Of a stretch of 60,443 nucleotides of DNA, positions 44,746 through 58,479 are shown one piece after another. The stretch is from assembly GCF_001194135.2 (NCBI RefSeq), contig NC_068986.1, positions 22,205,367 through 22,265,809 of the forward strand, in the 5' to 3' direction. The notes beneath the pieces were generated by a model. That model searched no databases. It was not told the origin of the DNA and saw only the letters and a program-made list of their open reading frames with translations. Source of the stretch: Octopus bimaculoides. Taxonomy: Eukaryota. Both the position numbers and the translations under genes were made by a program. Numbering within the stretch: position 1 is the first letter of the stretch; every line of letters begins with the position of its first letter.

Positions 44746-45169
44746 TATATATTACAGTAATATCAGTGCCAAGCAGTGTTTAGGCGTAAATGAACTTTAG
44801 GTTAGTTAAAATATGTTTGTGACATATTTCAACTGCTAAAGGCTGTTATGACATGACTGGATGTCTGTCACTGAAGAGCTCAAAACCAAACAAAATCACA
44901 TGATCTGGCTGTTCTGCTGGCCGTAACAGATGGTTTTTGTCTGTCTATGATAAGAGTGCTTTTATGCACCACAAGTCCATACGAGTGGTTTTCTCAAAGG
45001 AAACAATGGAATATTCTGTGTTCTAACACAACATCCACAATAAGTTGGAGATTAGGATTACCTTCTGGTATTCACACTGCTTCTGTCACTATTAAAAATA
45101 TATATAAATAAAGCAGAATAGTATCAGCAAATGCTGCTAATGATTTCTTGTGGCGGTTTCTTAGGCAGA

Positions 45170-45450
45170 TAGTAAAATCTATCCATCCATTTTCTCCATC
45201 CACTATTCCTTGGAGGGTTATAGCAGTAGAGTCCTCAGATATTTTCTCTTTAGGGTCCTATCAACAGCAACCATCATTACTTGTCTGTTGGATTTCCAAG
45301 CATGAGCAACTGAGACTGTGGATATTGTGCAACTATCTTGTTCTTGGTCTACTCCCCAGGTCTCCTGCTGGTTGACTTTGCTTGCAGATTCCATTTTGCA
45401 ATCCTCTCCTGTGACATTGGTTTGTGTAGATACAGTTATTTCATTATAGA
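45170..45450 (-). mobile_element. Decayed RTE 3' coding end
   Basis: ERIAK...RRP/G.RPRTR*LHNI, resembling GRPRTRWLDNI. Confidence 0.55.
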
Positions 45451-46299
45451 GGTCATAACATCACCGCTTTTTAAAATGTATTGGCTAAGTAATCAACTCC
45501 AGCTTATAGTCTGTTTAACACAAAAACATCTCTATTGTACAGCATTCTCATGCATTTAAAAGTAATATAAGTTAAAGCAAATAACTTAAATATGCCAATG
45601 ATGTGAAAATGGGTAATTGCGACATTCTGAAACTTATCTACAAAAATTTCCTTATCTTCTTGAATGGGCTATGGTGCCCAAGAGCTGACTGTGTATCTCT
45701 TCCAGGTGGTACTATTAAATTAGACATGGCCTGGGCCAACTTTGGCCGAAACTTATCTAAGTAAATATCCTTCTTGGAACAATACCAGAATGACAAAAGT
45801 TAGCGACTCACAGAAAAAGGGGGAGACAATTTCAAGAAATTAAGAATTTATTTCTCAAGTTACTTTATATGCTTAGAAAGGAAACATGTCCATAGTTATG
45901 CCTTAGTTTGCAAACAGTGTAATTCTGATAGCAAGCAAGGTGTAACTTATCAGCAGAGTTTAATCCAGCTTGTTGATGAGAGGATCACTGTTCTTACCCT
46001 AAATTTGTAAATCTACTTCAAAAAAATTCTTAATTTATTGAAGTTATCTTCCCTTCCTTTCGCTTTGAAAGTTGCTAACAACTGCAACCAAATTTTTGTC
46101 TTTCTCCAACAAAGAAAGATATTTCAAGCAAATTAAGAATTTTTTGTTCACAGCATTCAGTACAACTTTTGACTTAACTCACTCGTAATATTTGTAAGTT
46201 CATTTTTGTGTTGGATACCGTTGAGATTACAAGCTGATAAGAGAATTAAAGACATTCTGTTTACACAATGATCTTAAAATAACTTTGACAATGGAATTT

Positions 46300-48159
46300 C
46301 CATTTCAAGTAAGCAAATGACAAATACTGTTGTTTATAAATAAACATTTTCACTCGTGTATTCCTGGAGTGTAGAAACGGTTAATAATCGTGACAATAAT
46401 AATTATAATAAATAGTGGTGACTCGATAGAAACCACAAAGTGATTGACTAACGCTGTACAAAGCATTTAGTTTTATCCTTCGGCAAACTAAACTCAAGTC
46501 CTGCCAGATTCAATATTTTGTTAATTTGGGACGAGAAGATAAGTACAAGTAACATACAGATCGACTCAATATAATCTTTCGTTCAGAAACCTACAATGTG
46601 TCTACGTAAGAAATATGTTCAATATTCCAAATATATTGGTTACTTGGCGGAATTTTGGAATGTTCCATTAACTTATGGGGAAACGAAAGGGGTGCGAAAG
46701 CGGGGCGGCGAGTGTCGGATAGAATGTAACAAAAAATTAAAATTCCACTGGTTCCATCACATATGAAATCCCACTGGTACTGATTCAATGAAATACATTC
46801 CTTTCCTAATAGAAATTTGGCCATGGGACCCTAATAAATTTTAAATGCTATTAGTTGAAATGAGAAACGGACAACTATAACGACGGAAGAGGGAACAGAG
46901 AGGAAATTTGTCAGCAGACTAAATATAGAGCGGGAGACAGAAAGCTTGAGTGAAAAAGTGGGTGTATAATGGAAGTGAGAGAAAAACTTTTTTTTAAGTT
47001 CCATATTAGATAGAATAGGTTTTTATTTAAGGATAAGTAAACAGATCCATTCAATGGACATGAAAGATATAAGCAAATAGATACACGAAATACAAAAAAA
47101 TTGTTCTAACAAGCTAATAATACTCTAAAAGAGAAACAAGGGTAAAGGATTGAAATTAGTGTCCTACTAGTCGTTTTGACCCTGACAATGTCCTCGGCAA
47201 CCGAATTCGAAGTTAGAAACGTTAAAAGAATTGTTTTTGAAATTACAATTACCAAATTAAAAAATCTTAAGAACTAAAGCCTATTTTAAAAATAGAATAA
47301 GATGGGATGTTGTAACATAGATAAAATTTCCCAATAGCATTAACAACCTAAGCGAAGTGGCTCCAATCATGAACTAAACAGTAAACACATTGATAAAAAA
47401 AACAATTAGGTCTTGTACTCGTTATCCTTATATGTTAATCAATAGGGTATAAAGAAAAAGCGGTAAAGTTATTGAATATGTAAGCAAGCATCACCATCCT
47501 ACATGAGTGCCCACTAAAATAATTAAACGGAGTTAATTACCGTTTTATGGTATATTTTATAGAGATAACTCAGCGCACCTTAAAATTTTTATAGACATTC
47601 GGGGATTTCACATCCGCAGGATAAAAATCTTTTTTATGAACTGAGGGAGCTTGTATTATGAAGTCTAATTAAACAGAACAATAAGATACCACACTTTGGG
47701 ATTTTTACAGACGTTTGGGAAGTCTATCATACATTTCTAAGTGGTCCCTTCCGTTTTGTAACGGAGGTTGTTGTTTATATACATATTCCACAACTTTACA
47801 GGAAAGGCTTGATTATTTTCATGAAGAAAAGTTAAACTTTTTACTGACCGTTCTTTAGTCGAGTTAGATTTGTGACATATAAGCAGTGTCTAACTAAATC
47901 CATAGTCATTTGATTGGCAGTTACCATGTTTAAAACGTTAGATTCAGTGCTTGATCAACATGACAACCGAAATTGGCGCCACAGCCTCGTTCTGGCCTAA
48001 GCAAGAGACATGTCAAAAACAAAAACAAGCTGTCTCGTTTGAACTTTGAACAGATCGCTCGTTTTAGTCTAGTCATGTCAACAAAGCAACGATTGTTTTT
48101 GTTTACATGAACCGGCTGATAAAACAAAAGATGCACACATACAGACATATATACACACA

Positions 48160-48194
<35 letters not shown>

Positions 48195-48700
48195 ATATTA
48201 TTATTAGGGACAAAATCCAAAATTACAGGTGCCAAGTGTGAGTGTACGCAAATGAAGCGTATTACTAGAATTTATTATTTAAAAGGTGAAAGTGAACTTC
48301 TAGATAACATTTCAAATCAGAATAGTAAAGCACTGAATAAAATACTACATAGTATCTAGATCGATTCCATATGGTTTGATGGATTCTCAAATAGATGCTT
48401 AGTCAGACACTTTGTTGGTGTAGTGTGTAGACAGCACTCCTCAATGTCTTCATATTTCGACCGCTTCCCGCTCCTAAAAATAAATAAATAAACAAAAACA
48501 CCGTTACTGACTGCAATAATGAAAGGTGAAAGTCCTAAAGATATGACTCAAGCTAATCAAATTATCCGGTCTTCGGGGATGAGCTTGTACTAATAATAGG
48601 TAAAACACAACAAACATTCATGCATACATCTATATATATTTTTTTCTAACAAAACTGTCCGATGAACGGGAACGTGAAACTCAGAGTAACGGTTTTTTTG
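46300..48700. promoter_or_regulatory. CpG-retaining stretch, putative unmethylated promoter/regulatory region
   Basis: Visibly more CG dinucleotides than flanks; GC box ggggcgg near 46702; gattgg near 47912. Confidence 0.4.
48651..48696 (+). ncRNA. Minimal type I hammerhead ribozyme-like motif (U4C variant)
   Basis: AAAACTGT-CCGATGA-ACG(GGAA)CGT-GAAA-CTCAGAG-TA^ACGGTTTT; stems I, II and III all pair. Confidence 0.7.
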
Positions 48701-48727
48701 TTATATTTCTGCTGCTTTTAAATAAAG

Positions 48728-48760
<33 letters not shown>

Positions 48761-48768
48761 ATGTATGT

Positions 48769-48945
48769 ACTTCCTGTTTCTATTGTGCCTGTAATTCAAA
48801 GTGTCAGCCTTGTCACGCTGAATATCCCCGAGAACTACGTTAAGGGTACACGTGTCTGTGGAGTGCTCAGCCACTTGCACGTTAATTTCACGAGCAGGCT
48901 GTTCCGTTGATCGGATCAACTGGAACCCTCGACGGAGTGCCAACA
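48769..48945 (+). mobile_element. SINE family A, 3' part with internal deletions
   Basis: Matches the family A body and tail. Confidence 0.85.
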
Positions 48946-49479
48946 CTATATATATATATATATATATATATNNNNNNNNNNNNNNNNNNNNNNNNNNNNN
49001 NNNNNNNNNNNNNNNNNNNNNNNNNNNNNNNNNNNNNNNNNNNNNNNNNNNNNNNNNNNNNNNNNNNNNNNNNNNNNNNNNNNNNNNNNNNNNNNNNNNN
49101 NNNNNNNNNNNNNNNNNNNNNNNNNNNNNNNNNNNNNNNNNNNNNNNNNNNNNNNNNNNNNNNNNNNNNNNNNNNNNNNNNNTTTTTTTTTTTTTTTTTT
49201 TTCTTACTGGAAATAGTGCACCGTGGATGTTGTTTTGTAATGTGTTATCCAGAGATGGTAGGATGGATTTGTGGGAGATTCGGCTGCTATTTCTACCAGA
49301 TCAAACGACCGTATAGCGGCCTCTTCATTGATCTGAAGTGGTATATAGGTGTAATTGGTGAGGTTTAATATATACGACTAAGGTTTAATATACGAGTATA
49401 AATTTCATTAATTTTTTAAAATTCAAGAAGGGACAATTTTCTCAACCTTTGTAGGTCATCTGAAACTGGTGAAATCGAT

Positions 49480-49720
49480 ATAGTAAATTCCATTTTAATT
49501 TTTGTTGGATGATGTCTATATGAAAAGCATCAAGAGAGGGAGTTCCATAAGATTGCACGTTTGAAGAAGATTTAGTCTGGGTCTTTGGTGATGAGTCACA
49601 ACAAGGATGCACAAAGGAGCAACAGGTGAAGCAGGTGGACTTAGGTGGGAAAAATCCAAAGCTTATTGTTCAAAAGAGTAGAGACTATTGTACCTAAGCT
49701 AATAAAAAGAAAAGGGAGAA
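49480..49720 (-). mobile_element. L2/Crack-like LINE 3' end relic
   Basis: Minus frame LWNSLS-type C-terminal motif. Confidence 0.45.
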
Positions 49721-52700
49721 AAACAGAGGTGGGGATTCAGCATGTGTGTGTCTTTATGGTTATGTGTTGGTGAATGGAAGTTGGCCAAACAAACTACATA
49801 GAAAGTTTGATCTCCTCCTTTCAATATTGACAAAGGTTTAGAGTATAAAGCTTCATGGGAAGGCTGTTAGAGATAAAATGTCCCAGTATGTGTATTAAAA
49901 AAAAACACCTTTTAGGTAAAGGGCTATAGGCTTAATCCAGCATTCTATTTAATCCTGTTGGTGCCAGCTCACCTGAAACTACCCTTGGTTCTATAACAAT
50001 TTGTACACACCAAATAAATGAAAGAAAAAGACTAATTAGTTGATATGGCCTTTATTTTATCGTTGCACACATGTATGTCCTCTTGTGACACGTGATGGTT
50101 GTAAACGAGCTTCATTGTCATACAAGTGGTGTTGCATTTTACCAATCTTCTGTGTAAACATGTTCAATCATGTGGAAATATTTTACCCTGCTTGGCAACA
50201 GGTGAGGGTTGATCACAAGAACATCTACCCATAGAAGATTTGCCTTAATGAATTTTGTCTGGCCTATGTAAGTATGGATAAATAGATGTTGATGAGGGTG
50301 GCAAACTGGCAGAATCATTAGCACGATGGTTAAAATGCTTAGTGGCATTTCAACAAACTTTACATTCTGAATTCAAATTCGGCTGAGGTTGACTTTGCCT
50401 TTCATCCTTTTGGGAGTCATTGAAATAAGTACCAGTTGAGTACTGGGGTTGATGTAATCAACTTACTCCTTTCCCAAATGTGCCAAAGTCTGAAACCAAT
50501 ATGACAATGTTGATGGTTTAGACTTTGCTAATATCAAATGCAAAAGCTTTAGTTTCTTCAAGGATTTCTGAGGCTAGATATAAATTTGATGTTAAGCAGT
50601 ATATACTGAGATATTTTTACATTGCCAAATACAAAAGAATTAATAAAATATGCTATTGTAAAAATACTGAGGTTGAAGCAAAATTATTTACAAAATCAAA
50701 ATGAATCATATATATGTAATTTCTTTGTTTATGTTTTAGTCTGGAAGACAGCAGCATTCATGATCATAGCCTTGGGTCAGCCAAAATATCTTAAGAGAAA
50801 TTTGGTAGATGAGAACTATGTGGAAGCCTGCCAGATGTCTATGAAACATATAAATACATTCATACTCTCACATTGTATGCATATATATATATATCCTCCT
50901 CCCTGTGTCTGTGTGTGTATATATGTGTGTATGTATGTGTTTGTGTGTGTATAAATGTATATATATGTATGCATGCAGACCTATATGTTTGTGCTTGTGT
51001 TTTGGCAATATGTGGCAGAGACAAAAGGCTTTGTGGTATTGTGTTGCACCCAGTTACATCCCTTTATACCAAGGTCAATTTTATCTTTTTCTGGCTCCCA
51101 AAGCCAATGAAACAAGTACCAAAGTACTACTGAGTCAATGTTAATCAACTGAAATCATAGAATCCAGTGCTCTAGCATGGCCACAATACAATGACTAAAA
51201 TAATGAAATTAAAAATAATATCAGTAAAACAATAAAAGAATAAATACAGAAATATGTATATTGTAGCCCTGTTTGGTGATGGCTTTGGTAACGTTTATCC
51301 TTTGACATCATGGTCAACCTGCAGGAACTGACACATATTTTACGAGTAGAACATTGATTGCTTGATCTGCTAGATATAGCAGCCTAAGTCTCTCTCAAAT
51401 CACATCCTCTTGTCTTAAAAATAAAGGAAGGATATGTTGGGAAATGTAACCCTTGATATTATAAAAAAGACAGGATGGTCATGGGTAGAATACTTTTGAT
51501 TTACTCAGTCAGAGCTGGCCTGGGGTTTAGGTTATTCAATAAAATTTCCATAGCAAATTAGTGTAAAATAGCACTGTCATCACAATGTTTACTTCAGTCA
51601 ATGGCTATTTGCAACTCAGTCAACACTGGATTATTAATTAATTAAATCATTTATAGCTATATTTTTTTTTTCGTAGATTTTTCTGCATTTCTGAAATTGA
51701 TTTCTTACTTTGGCATAAAACTTCAAGTTTGTAAGGAAGCAAGTGAGAGATATAATAAACTATATAATATAGTAAAAAATTGCTTCCCAACTACATGGTT
51801 CTGGGTTCAGTCCCACTGTGTGGCAGCTTGGGCAAGTGTCTTCTACAATAACCTCAGGCTGACCAAAGCCTTGTGAGTGGATTTGGTAGATGGAAACTGA
51901 AAGAAGCCTGTTGTATATATATGTATATATTTATGTGTGTGTTTCTTTGAGTCTGCGTTTGTTCCCTCGCCATCACTTGACAACCAATGTTGGTGTCTTT
52001 ACGTCCTTGTAACTTAGCAGTTTGGCAAAAGAGATCAATAGAATAAGTACTAGGCTTACAAAGAATAAGTCTTGGGGTTGATTTCTTCAACTAAAAAAAA
52101 CCCTTGAAGGTGGTGTTCCAGCATGGCCATAATCAAATGACTGAAACAAATAAAAGAATATGACAGGTACTTATTTCATTGATGTCAGAGGAACGAAAGT
52201 GAGAACCAAACCAATTACGATTTGAACTCAAAATATAGAAAAAGGAACTTAATATTGTAATGCTTTAAGTCCAGTGCTCTGATATATCTGGAGCTCAACT
52301 GCTTTCAAGTGTTAACAATAAGATTATTTTAAGAATGATGAAAATGTCCATAGGAAAATAAGTGTAGTTTGTTGTTTAATTTCATCATCTGTTTGGTTGT
52401 TAATAGTTGAAAATGGCACATGAGTTTTTCGAGAAAAAAAAATGACAAAATGGAATCAGAAAAATAGAATCAACATCATGGCCTGATTCTGTAAAAGGAC
52501 ATTGTGCTAACATTAGTAGTATTGTCGGACAGTTTGCATGAGTGTGTGGAGATGAAAGAGAGATATAGACAGAGGGAGAGAGAGAGGGTGGGTAAATAAA
52601 CATGAGTGTCCCCCAGCCATGGTTGATTGGTGTTGCAGAATATTCATATAGACCAGTCTAATAGTTGAAAAATAACAGAAGTTAAACTTAGCTTGATACA

Positions 52701-55222
52701 TGACAGCATCTCTCCTCTGTCTGTCCAGCACCATCCTGTTGTTTGCTACTCTTTTTAGAGGCTGCGATTAATTGAATCAAAGCTCAACAACAATTTGAGA
52801 TTTACTAGAATTTTAGCTGATATCAGTCAAAGAATTTGATTGAAGTTGTTGAGTCTTGTTGATTACATTATTCCTTGTGTCATCACTCAATTTGAAAGAT
52901 TCTGTTTTGCTGTTTATCATCATCATCGTTTAATGTCCGCTTTCCATGCTAGCATGGGTTGGACGATTTAACTGAGGACTGGTGAACCAGATGGCTACAC
53001 CAGGCTCCAATCTGATTTGGCAGAGTTTCTACAGCTGAATGCCCTTCCTAACGCCAACCATTCTGAGAGTGTAGTGGTTGCTTTTACGTGCCACCAGCAC
53101 GAAGGGTTCTAACAGAAATTAATCAGAATTTCTGGCAAAGAGTTTCCAGTTGTTTGATCAACTGAAAAACCAGACTTATTGAATCAGTATGTAAGTGGCT
53201 GAGTATCACACAGACACATGTCCCCTTAATGTAATTCTCAAGTAGAATCAGTGTGACACAGGGTGATAAGGCTGAACCTTTGAAATACAAGTATAATCCA
53301 TTTGATAGATGTCGCCACAGTTTCCATCTACCTGGTGTCACTCAAAAGATATCCGTCAGTTTGAAAGATTAGAAAATGACACTTGCTTGAGATTGAACTA
53401 GAGACCTTGTGATTGCAAAGCAAAATTCTTAACTATTCAGCTGTGCTACACATACAGTTGGAATGTACAAACATCTAAATGACTCCAGATCCATTAGTAA
53501 TACTATTTTAATAAAAACTTAGAGGATAAAAAAAAAAACAGCGCTGATCTTGGTAGAATTTGGTCTCAAGACAATGCATGATGAATTAAATTAAATTAAA
53601 TTCTATAATGTGTTGAACCAATCACCTAACATGTAATGATATTTTACCTTATCTTCAATGAACTTCTGTGCATAAATGGAGATGGATATATAAAGGTATG
53701 ACAACTTTCTTGTATAATTTAAAATATAAAATGTAAAAATATAGAAGTCTATTTGTAAATGTGAAATACTTTTTTCTGTCACTGAGTTAGAATAAAACCA
53801 ATTCATTCTTCCTTAGCAATGACCTACATTCACCTCTATTTTGAGATTTTTTTTTTTCAGAAAAATATGAAATGACTTGACTATGTTCAACTTACCTTAG
53901 AAAACAACAACAGAAAAACATGAGGCAGTGGGTGAGTCTCCATGCAGTCACTTGATTTGCAAGAAATAACAACAAAATCTCCTTTGAACTCATCATTTTA
54001 CTGTCATGGAAAAGAAAGATGCATTTGGCTTAAATGTCATCCAAGGGAAAAAAGATAGAATGACCATAACTGGACTGCCTTTAATCATATATCTACTTAA
54101 TCAGGGTAGACCACCGCTGCTGCTGTCACCACCGTTTTGGAATTGCCTTTTCTTAGAGAGATGCCTAAACAAAGAATAGGGATCTCTCACGCCCAGCTCT
54201 TGGATGGCTGTTGACTCTAATGAGATTATTTGCCCTTTGACAGGTTTTATTTTTCATCCTGCAGGGTGTCCAATGTAAACCATCTTCCTTACCAAGCAAG
54301 ACCTGTAGGGCTTCTGGTCTATTCACTGATGGACCATTCATGTGACAGGTTGTACTGAGTTATATGTTGCCAGCAGCACTAAGAGTAACCTGCACTACAC
54401 ACACACACACACACGTATCTGAATGTATAGACACACAGAAATACACAAACAAATACTGATGTAAGGACACACATATACACACAACACATATGTACCAATA
54501 ATGGTGGTGGGGTGGTGTAGGCATTGCTATTTCCTTCGTACCTTCTATTGAGTACGTATGTGTATATTTTCCTATTTCTTTACTGCCCACAAAGGGCTAC
54601 ACACAGAGGGGACAAACAAGGACAGACAAACGAATTCAGTCGATTACATCGACCCCAGTGCATAACTGGTACTTATTTAATCGACCCTGAAAGGATGAAA
54701 GGCTAAGTCGACCTCGGCGGAATTTGAACTCAGAACGTAACGGCAGACGAAATACCACTAAGCACTTCGCCCGGCGTGCTAACGTTTCTGCCAGCTCGCC
54801 GCCTTATGTGTATATTTTCCATTTGTCATAATGTCATGCCATGTGGAGATGTGTCAATTAAATGTTTAATTCTGATTGAGCTTCTTAGCTCAGCCTTTTC
54901 ATTTCATATACCATGCATCCATGATATCCTAGTCATACACAAATATTGGAGAGAAACTGACCCAGTTATTCTGATTTACTGTTGACAGCATTTTACTCTT
55001 TTACTTGTTTCAGTCATTTGACTGTGGCCATGCTGGACCACTGACTTTGGTCAAACAAATGGATCCCAGGACTTATTCTTTGTAAGCCTAGTACTCATTC
55101 TATTGGTCTCTTATGCTGAACCACTAAGTTATGGGCATGTAAACACACCAATATTGGTTTCAAGCGATGGTGGTGGTGGTGGGGGGGGCAAACACAGGCA
55201 CACCTGTACATACATACATACA

Positions 55223-55286
<64 letters not shown>

Positions 55287-57075
55287 CATATATATATCTA
55301 TATCTATATCTATATATATGTATATATATGCCAAATCAGATTGGAGCTTGGTGTAGCCATCTGGTTCATCAGTCCTCAGTCAAATCGTCCAACCCACGCT
55401 AGCATGGAAAGCGGACGTAACAGTTTTTGTGATATCTTTGCTGCTTTTTTAATAAACCATATTACTCTACCTCCGTTATTCGAGTACCATTTTTTCCACC
55501 TTGTTTCACACTTATGTGCTTATTCTGGTATATGTATATATTTCTATATATATATATATAATTAAGATTCAGTTGGATTAGGTACTTTCGGCTACTTTCA
55601 GTTTCTGTCTACCAGATCTACTCACAAGGCTTTGGTTGACCCAAGGCTATAGTAGAAGACACTTGTCCAAGGTGCCACAGAATGGGACTGAACTCAGAGC
55701 CATTTGGTTGGGAAGCAAGCTTCTTATCACACAGCCACGCCTTTGGTTTATATATAGAAATTATCGACATTGAAAGCTTCCAATAAAATTTCCTGTTAAC
55801 TTATGCATCAAGTTTGATAATGACAAAATTATTTCAATAAGTTATCAATTACTTTCAAGAATTAATTGAAACAAAAAATAGTGTATTTCAGCAGAAATCA
55901 TCATCATCATCATTGCAATGACCACTGCATATGGCGGCCCATATGCATGTTGTGTGTGTGTGTGTGCGTGCATGCGTTTGTGTGCATGCTGTTGAGTGTG
56001 TGCATGTGTGTGTTTGTGTGCATGCATTGAGAGAGAGAGTGTATGTGTGCCTGTGTGTGTGTGTTGTGTGCATGCATTGAGTGTGTATGTGTGCACATGT
56101 ATGTACAGGCAGATGTGCTTGGTGGATACATGTGTATATCTGTATAGACACGTGTATGTGTGTGAGCACATGTGAATGTATGAAACAGGCTTCTGCACAG
56201 TCTCTATCTCACCAAATTCTATTCACAAGATATTGGTTAATATAGACATCAAAAATAAAAACGTGTGTGAGTGAGAGTTACATGTATGCGTGAGTGTGTG
56301 TGACAGAGATAAAGAGAACATAAACATCAGCTACAATAATGAAGAAGGTTTATTACCTAAAACAAATGCTCACGATTATGATATCTAGAATTAAATTAAG
56401 AGGCTGCAAAAACAATGAAAGAGTTTCACATTGACCCAATCAAATTTTTCCAAACGATAATTATTCAACTGAAGACAAGGACCCACTCACCCCACTACTC
56501 CACCTCTCCCTCTTTCTCTTTCCTTCAGTTTATTGCACTCACCCTCTTCTTTTCACAATCATGCTCTTACTGTCTCTTTTTTTCTGTCTAGCTGCCTCCC
56601 CCCTCTCTCTCTTTCTTACACTATCTCTCTCCTCTACCCATCCTCTCTTTCAAAACAGTTTTCTATTTTACTCCAGGTACCGACTAACTATTTCAATGCC
56701 GTTGATTCAATGAAATGTGAACTGCACTTTAAGGAGTTGAATATACTCTGCAGTATTCGTGCCATACTGTGAACACTGAAATTAGATAAGCTAAATGTTA
56801 CAGCTATAAGCAAACATTGTTTTTATGAAATAAATGTCGTATATTTTTATCACAGTACAGTACTCTTATTAGCAGTGTTGAAAGCGTGTGTTGGATGTTT
56901 GATGGACAGAAATAGGGCAGTAGAAGTACACACGCGCACGCATGCCCCCCCCCACATATACATACACACACACACATGCATGCTCACATATATACACGCA
57001 CGGACACATGCACATACATGCATAAATACGTGTATGTATGCATGTGTATGTATATTCTGTATGTATATGTATATA

Positions 57076-57741
57076 CAGGGTGTGATGGGTAAATTGTCGC
57101 CGTTTTATATTTTTAATTTTGTGCATGTGCATTGTTCGTTTTTGATTTTGTTGACTACACAGTATAGTAGGGTCAGTTGGGCACCATCTGTGAGAAAAAC
57201 AGCACGGCCAGAAATCTGGAAACGACATGCTGTACTGCTTAGCATTCATACTGGAAGCTCCATACGAACATTTCAGAGTGTTTGGATGTCAATCTGAGGA
57301 CATGTACCAAGTGTAATAAAAATCAAACATCCAGTCAACATCATGGTGTTTCGAGTGATCACTAGTGATGATGATCTTATACCTACATTCATCTTCCCAC
57401 ACAGCCTCAGACACAATACAGAGGCCTACATCAAGTGCATGGAGGAGGTAGAGAGGGTGGCTACTGGAAAACCCTGTGTCTGGCAACAGGACTCTGCACC
57501 ATGCCACACAAGCAGGAGAAACCAGTCATGTGACCACACCACCCCTAACATCTGGCCACCTAACTCTCCAGACTGTAATCCCCTTGATTATTATGTGTAG
57601 GGGCACAGTTGAGTGAGAGACAAGCAAAACTCCTTGTAACACCAAAGATCAATTGAAGGCAAGGATTATGGCAGCATTCACCAACTTAAACAAGGAGGCC
57701 ATTCAGAAGAGTTGCAGGAGATTTTGTGCAATTTAAACACC
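57076..57741 (+). mobile_element. Tc1/mariner superfamily element (maT/DD37D-like), internally deleted, running into a gap
   Basis: TA|CAGGGTG start; WQQDSAPCHTS and WPPNSPDCNPLDY catalytic-region motifs. Confidence 0.85.
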
Positions 57742-58219
57742 NNNNNNNNNNNNNNNNNNNNNNNNNNNNNNNNNNNNNNNNNNNNNNNNNNNNNNNNNNN
57801 NNNNNNNNNNNNNNNNNNNNNNNNNNNNNNNNNNNNNNNNNNNNNNNNNNNNNNNNNNNNNNNNNNNNNNNNNNNNNNNNNNNNNNNNNNNNNNNNNNNN
57901 NNNNNNNNNNNNNNNNNNNNNNNNNNNNNNNNNNNNNNNNNNNNNNNNNNNNNNNNNNNNNNNNNNNNNNNNNNNNNNNNNNNNNNNNNNNNNNNNNNNN
58001 NNNNNNNNNNNNNNNNNNNNNNNNNNNNNNNNNNNNNNNNNNNNNNNNNNNNNNNNNNNNNNNNNNNNNNNNNNNNNNNNNNNNNNNNNNNNNNNNNNNN
58101 NNNNNNNNNNNNNNNNNNNNNNNNNNNNNNNNNNNNNNNNNNNNNNNNNNNNNNNNNNNNNNNNNNNNNNNNNNNNNNNNNNNNNNNNNNNNNNNNNNNN
58201 NNNNNNNNNNNNNNNNNNN

Positions 58220-58250
<31 letters not shown>

Positions 58251-58479
58251 TACATATATATGTGGGGGGGTGCGTGTGTATCCTGATGCATTGTATATAC
58301 ATTGTGGCTGGTGACTCACTGACCACATGTGGTTCTCCTTTCCTTTAAATTTTTAAGTAACAGTGCCTTTCTCTTTTGGGTTGTCATGGTAATAAAGACA
58401 TAATAGAATGATAAAACCTAGGTTCCACTTCGCTGACATTGATGGCACTTCAAGGAAGCATGCTATTTCATGGGCAACT

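Noticed and set aside
45706-45760. WANFGR resembling MRPL13 WATFAR (MRPL13 is head-to-head with MTBP in human)
   Set aside because: No other MRPL13 motifs found in the window; a six-residue match is insufficient
48300-48474. Minus-strand KRSKYEDIEECCLH... considered as an insulin-like A chain
   Set aside because: Cys spacing does not fit CC-x3-C-x8-C; no B chain or signal exon found
52775-52864. ~90-nt hairpin considered as a pre-miRNA
   Set aside because: Only the outer ~18 bp pair; the inner region pairs poorly
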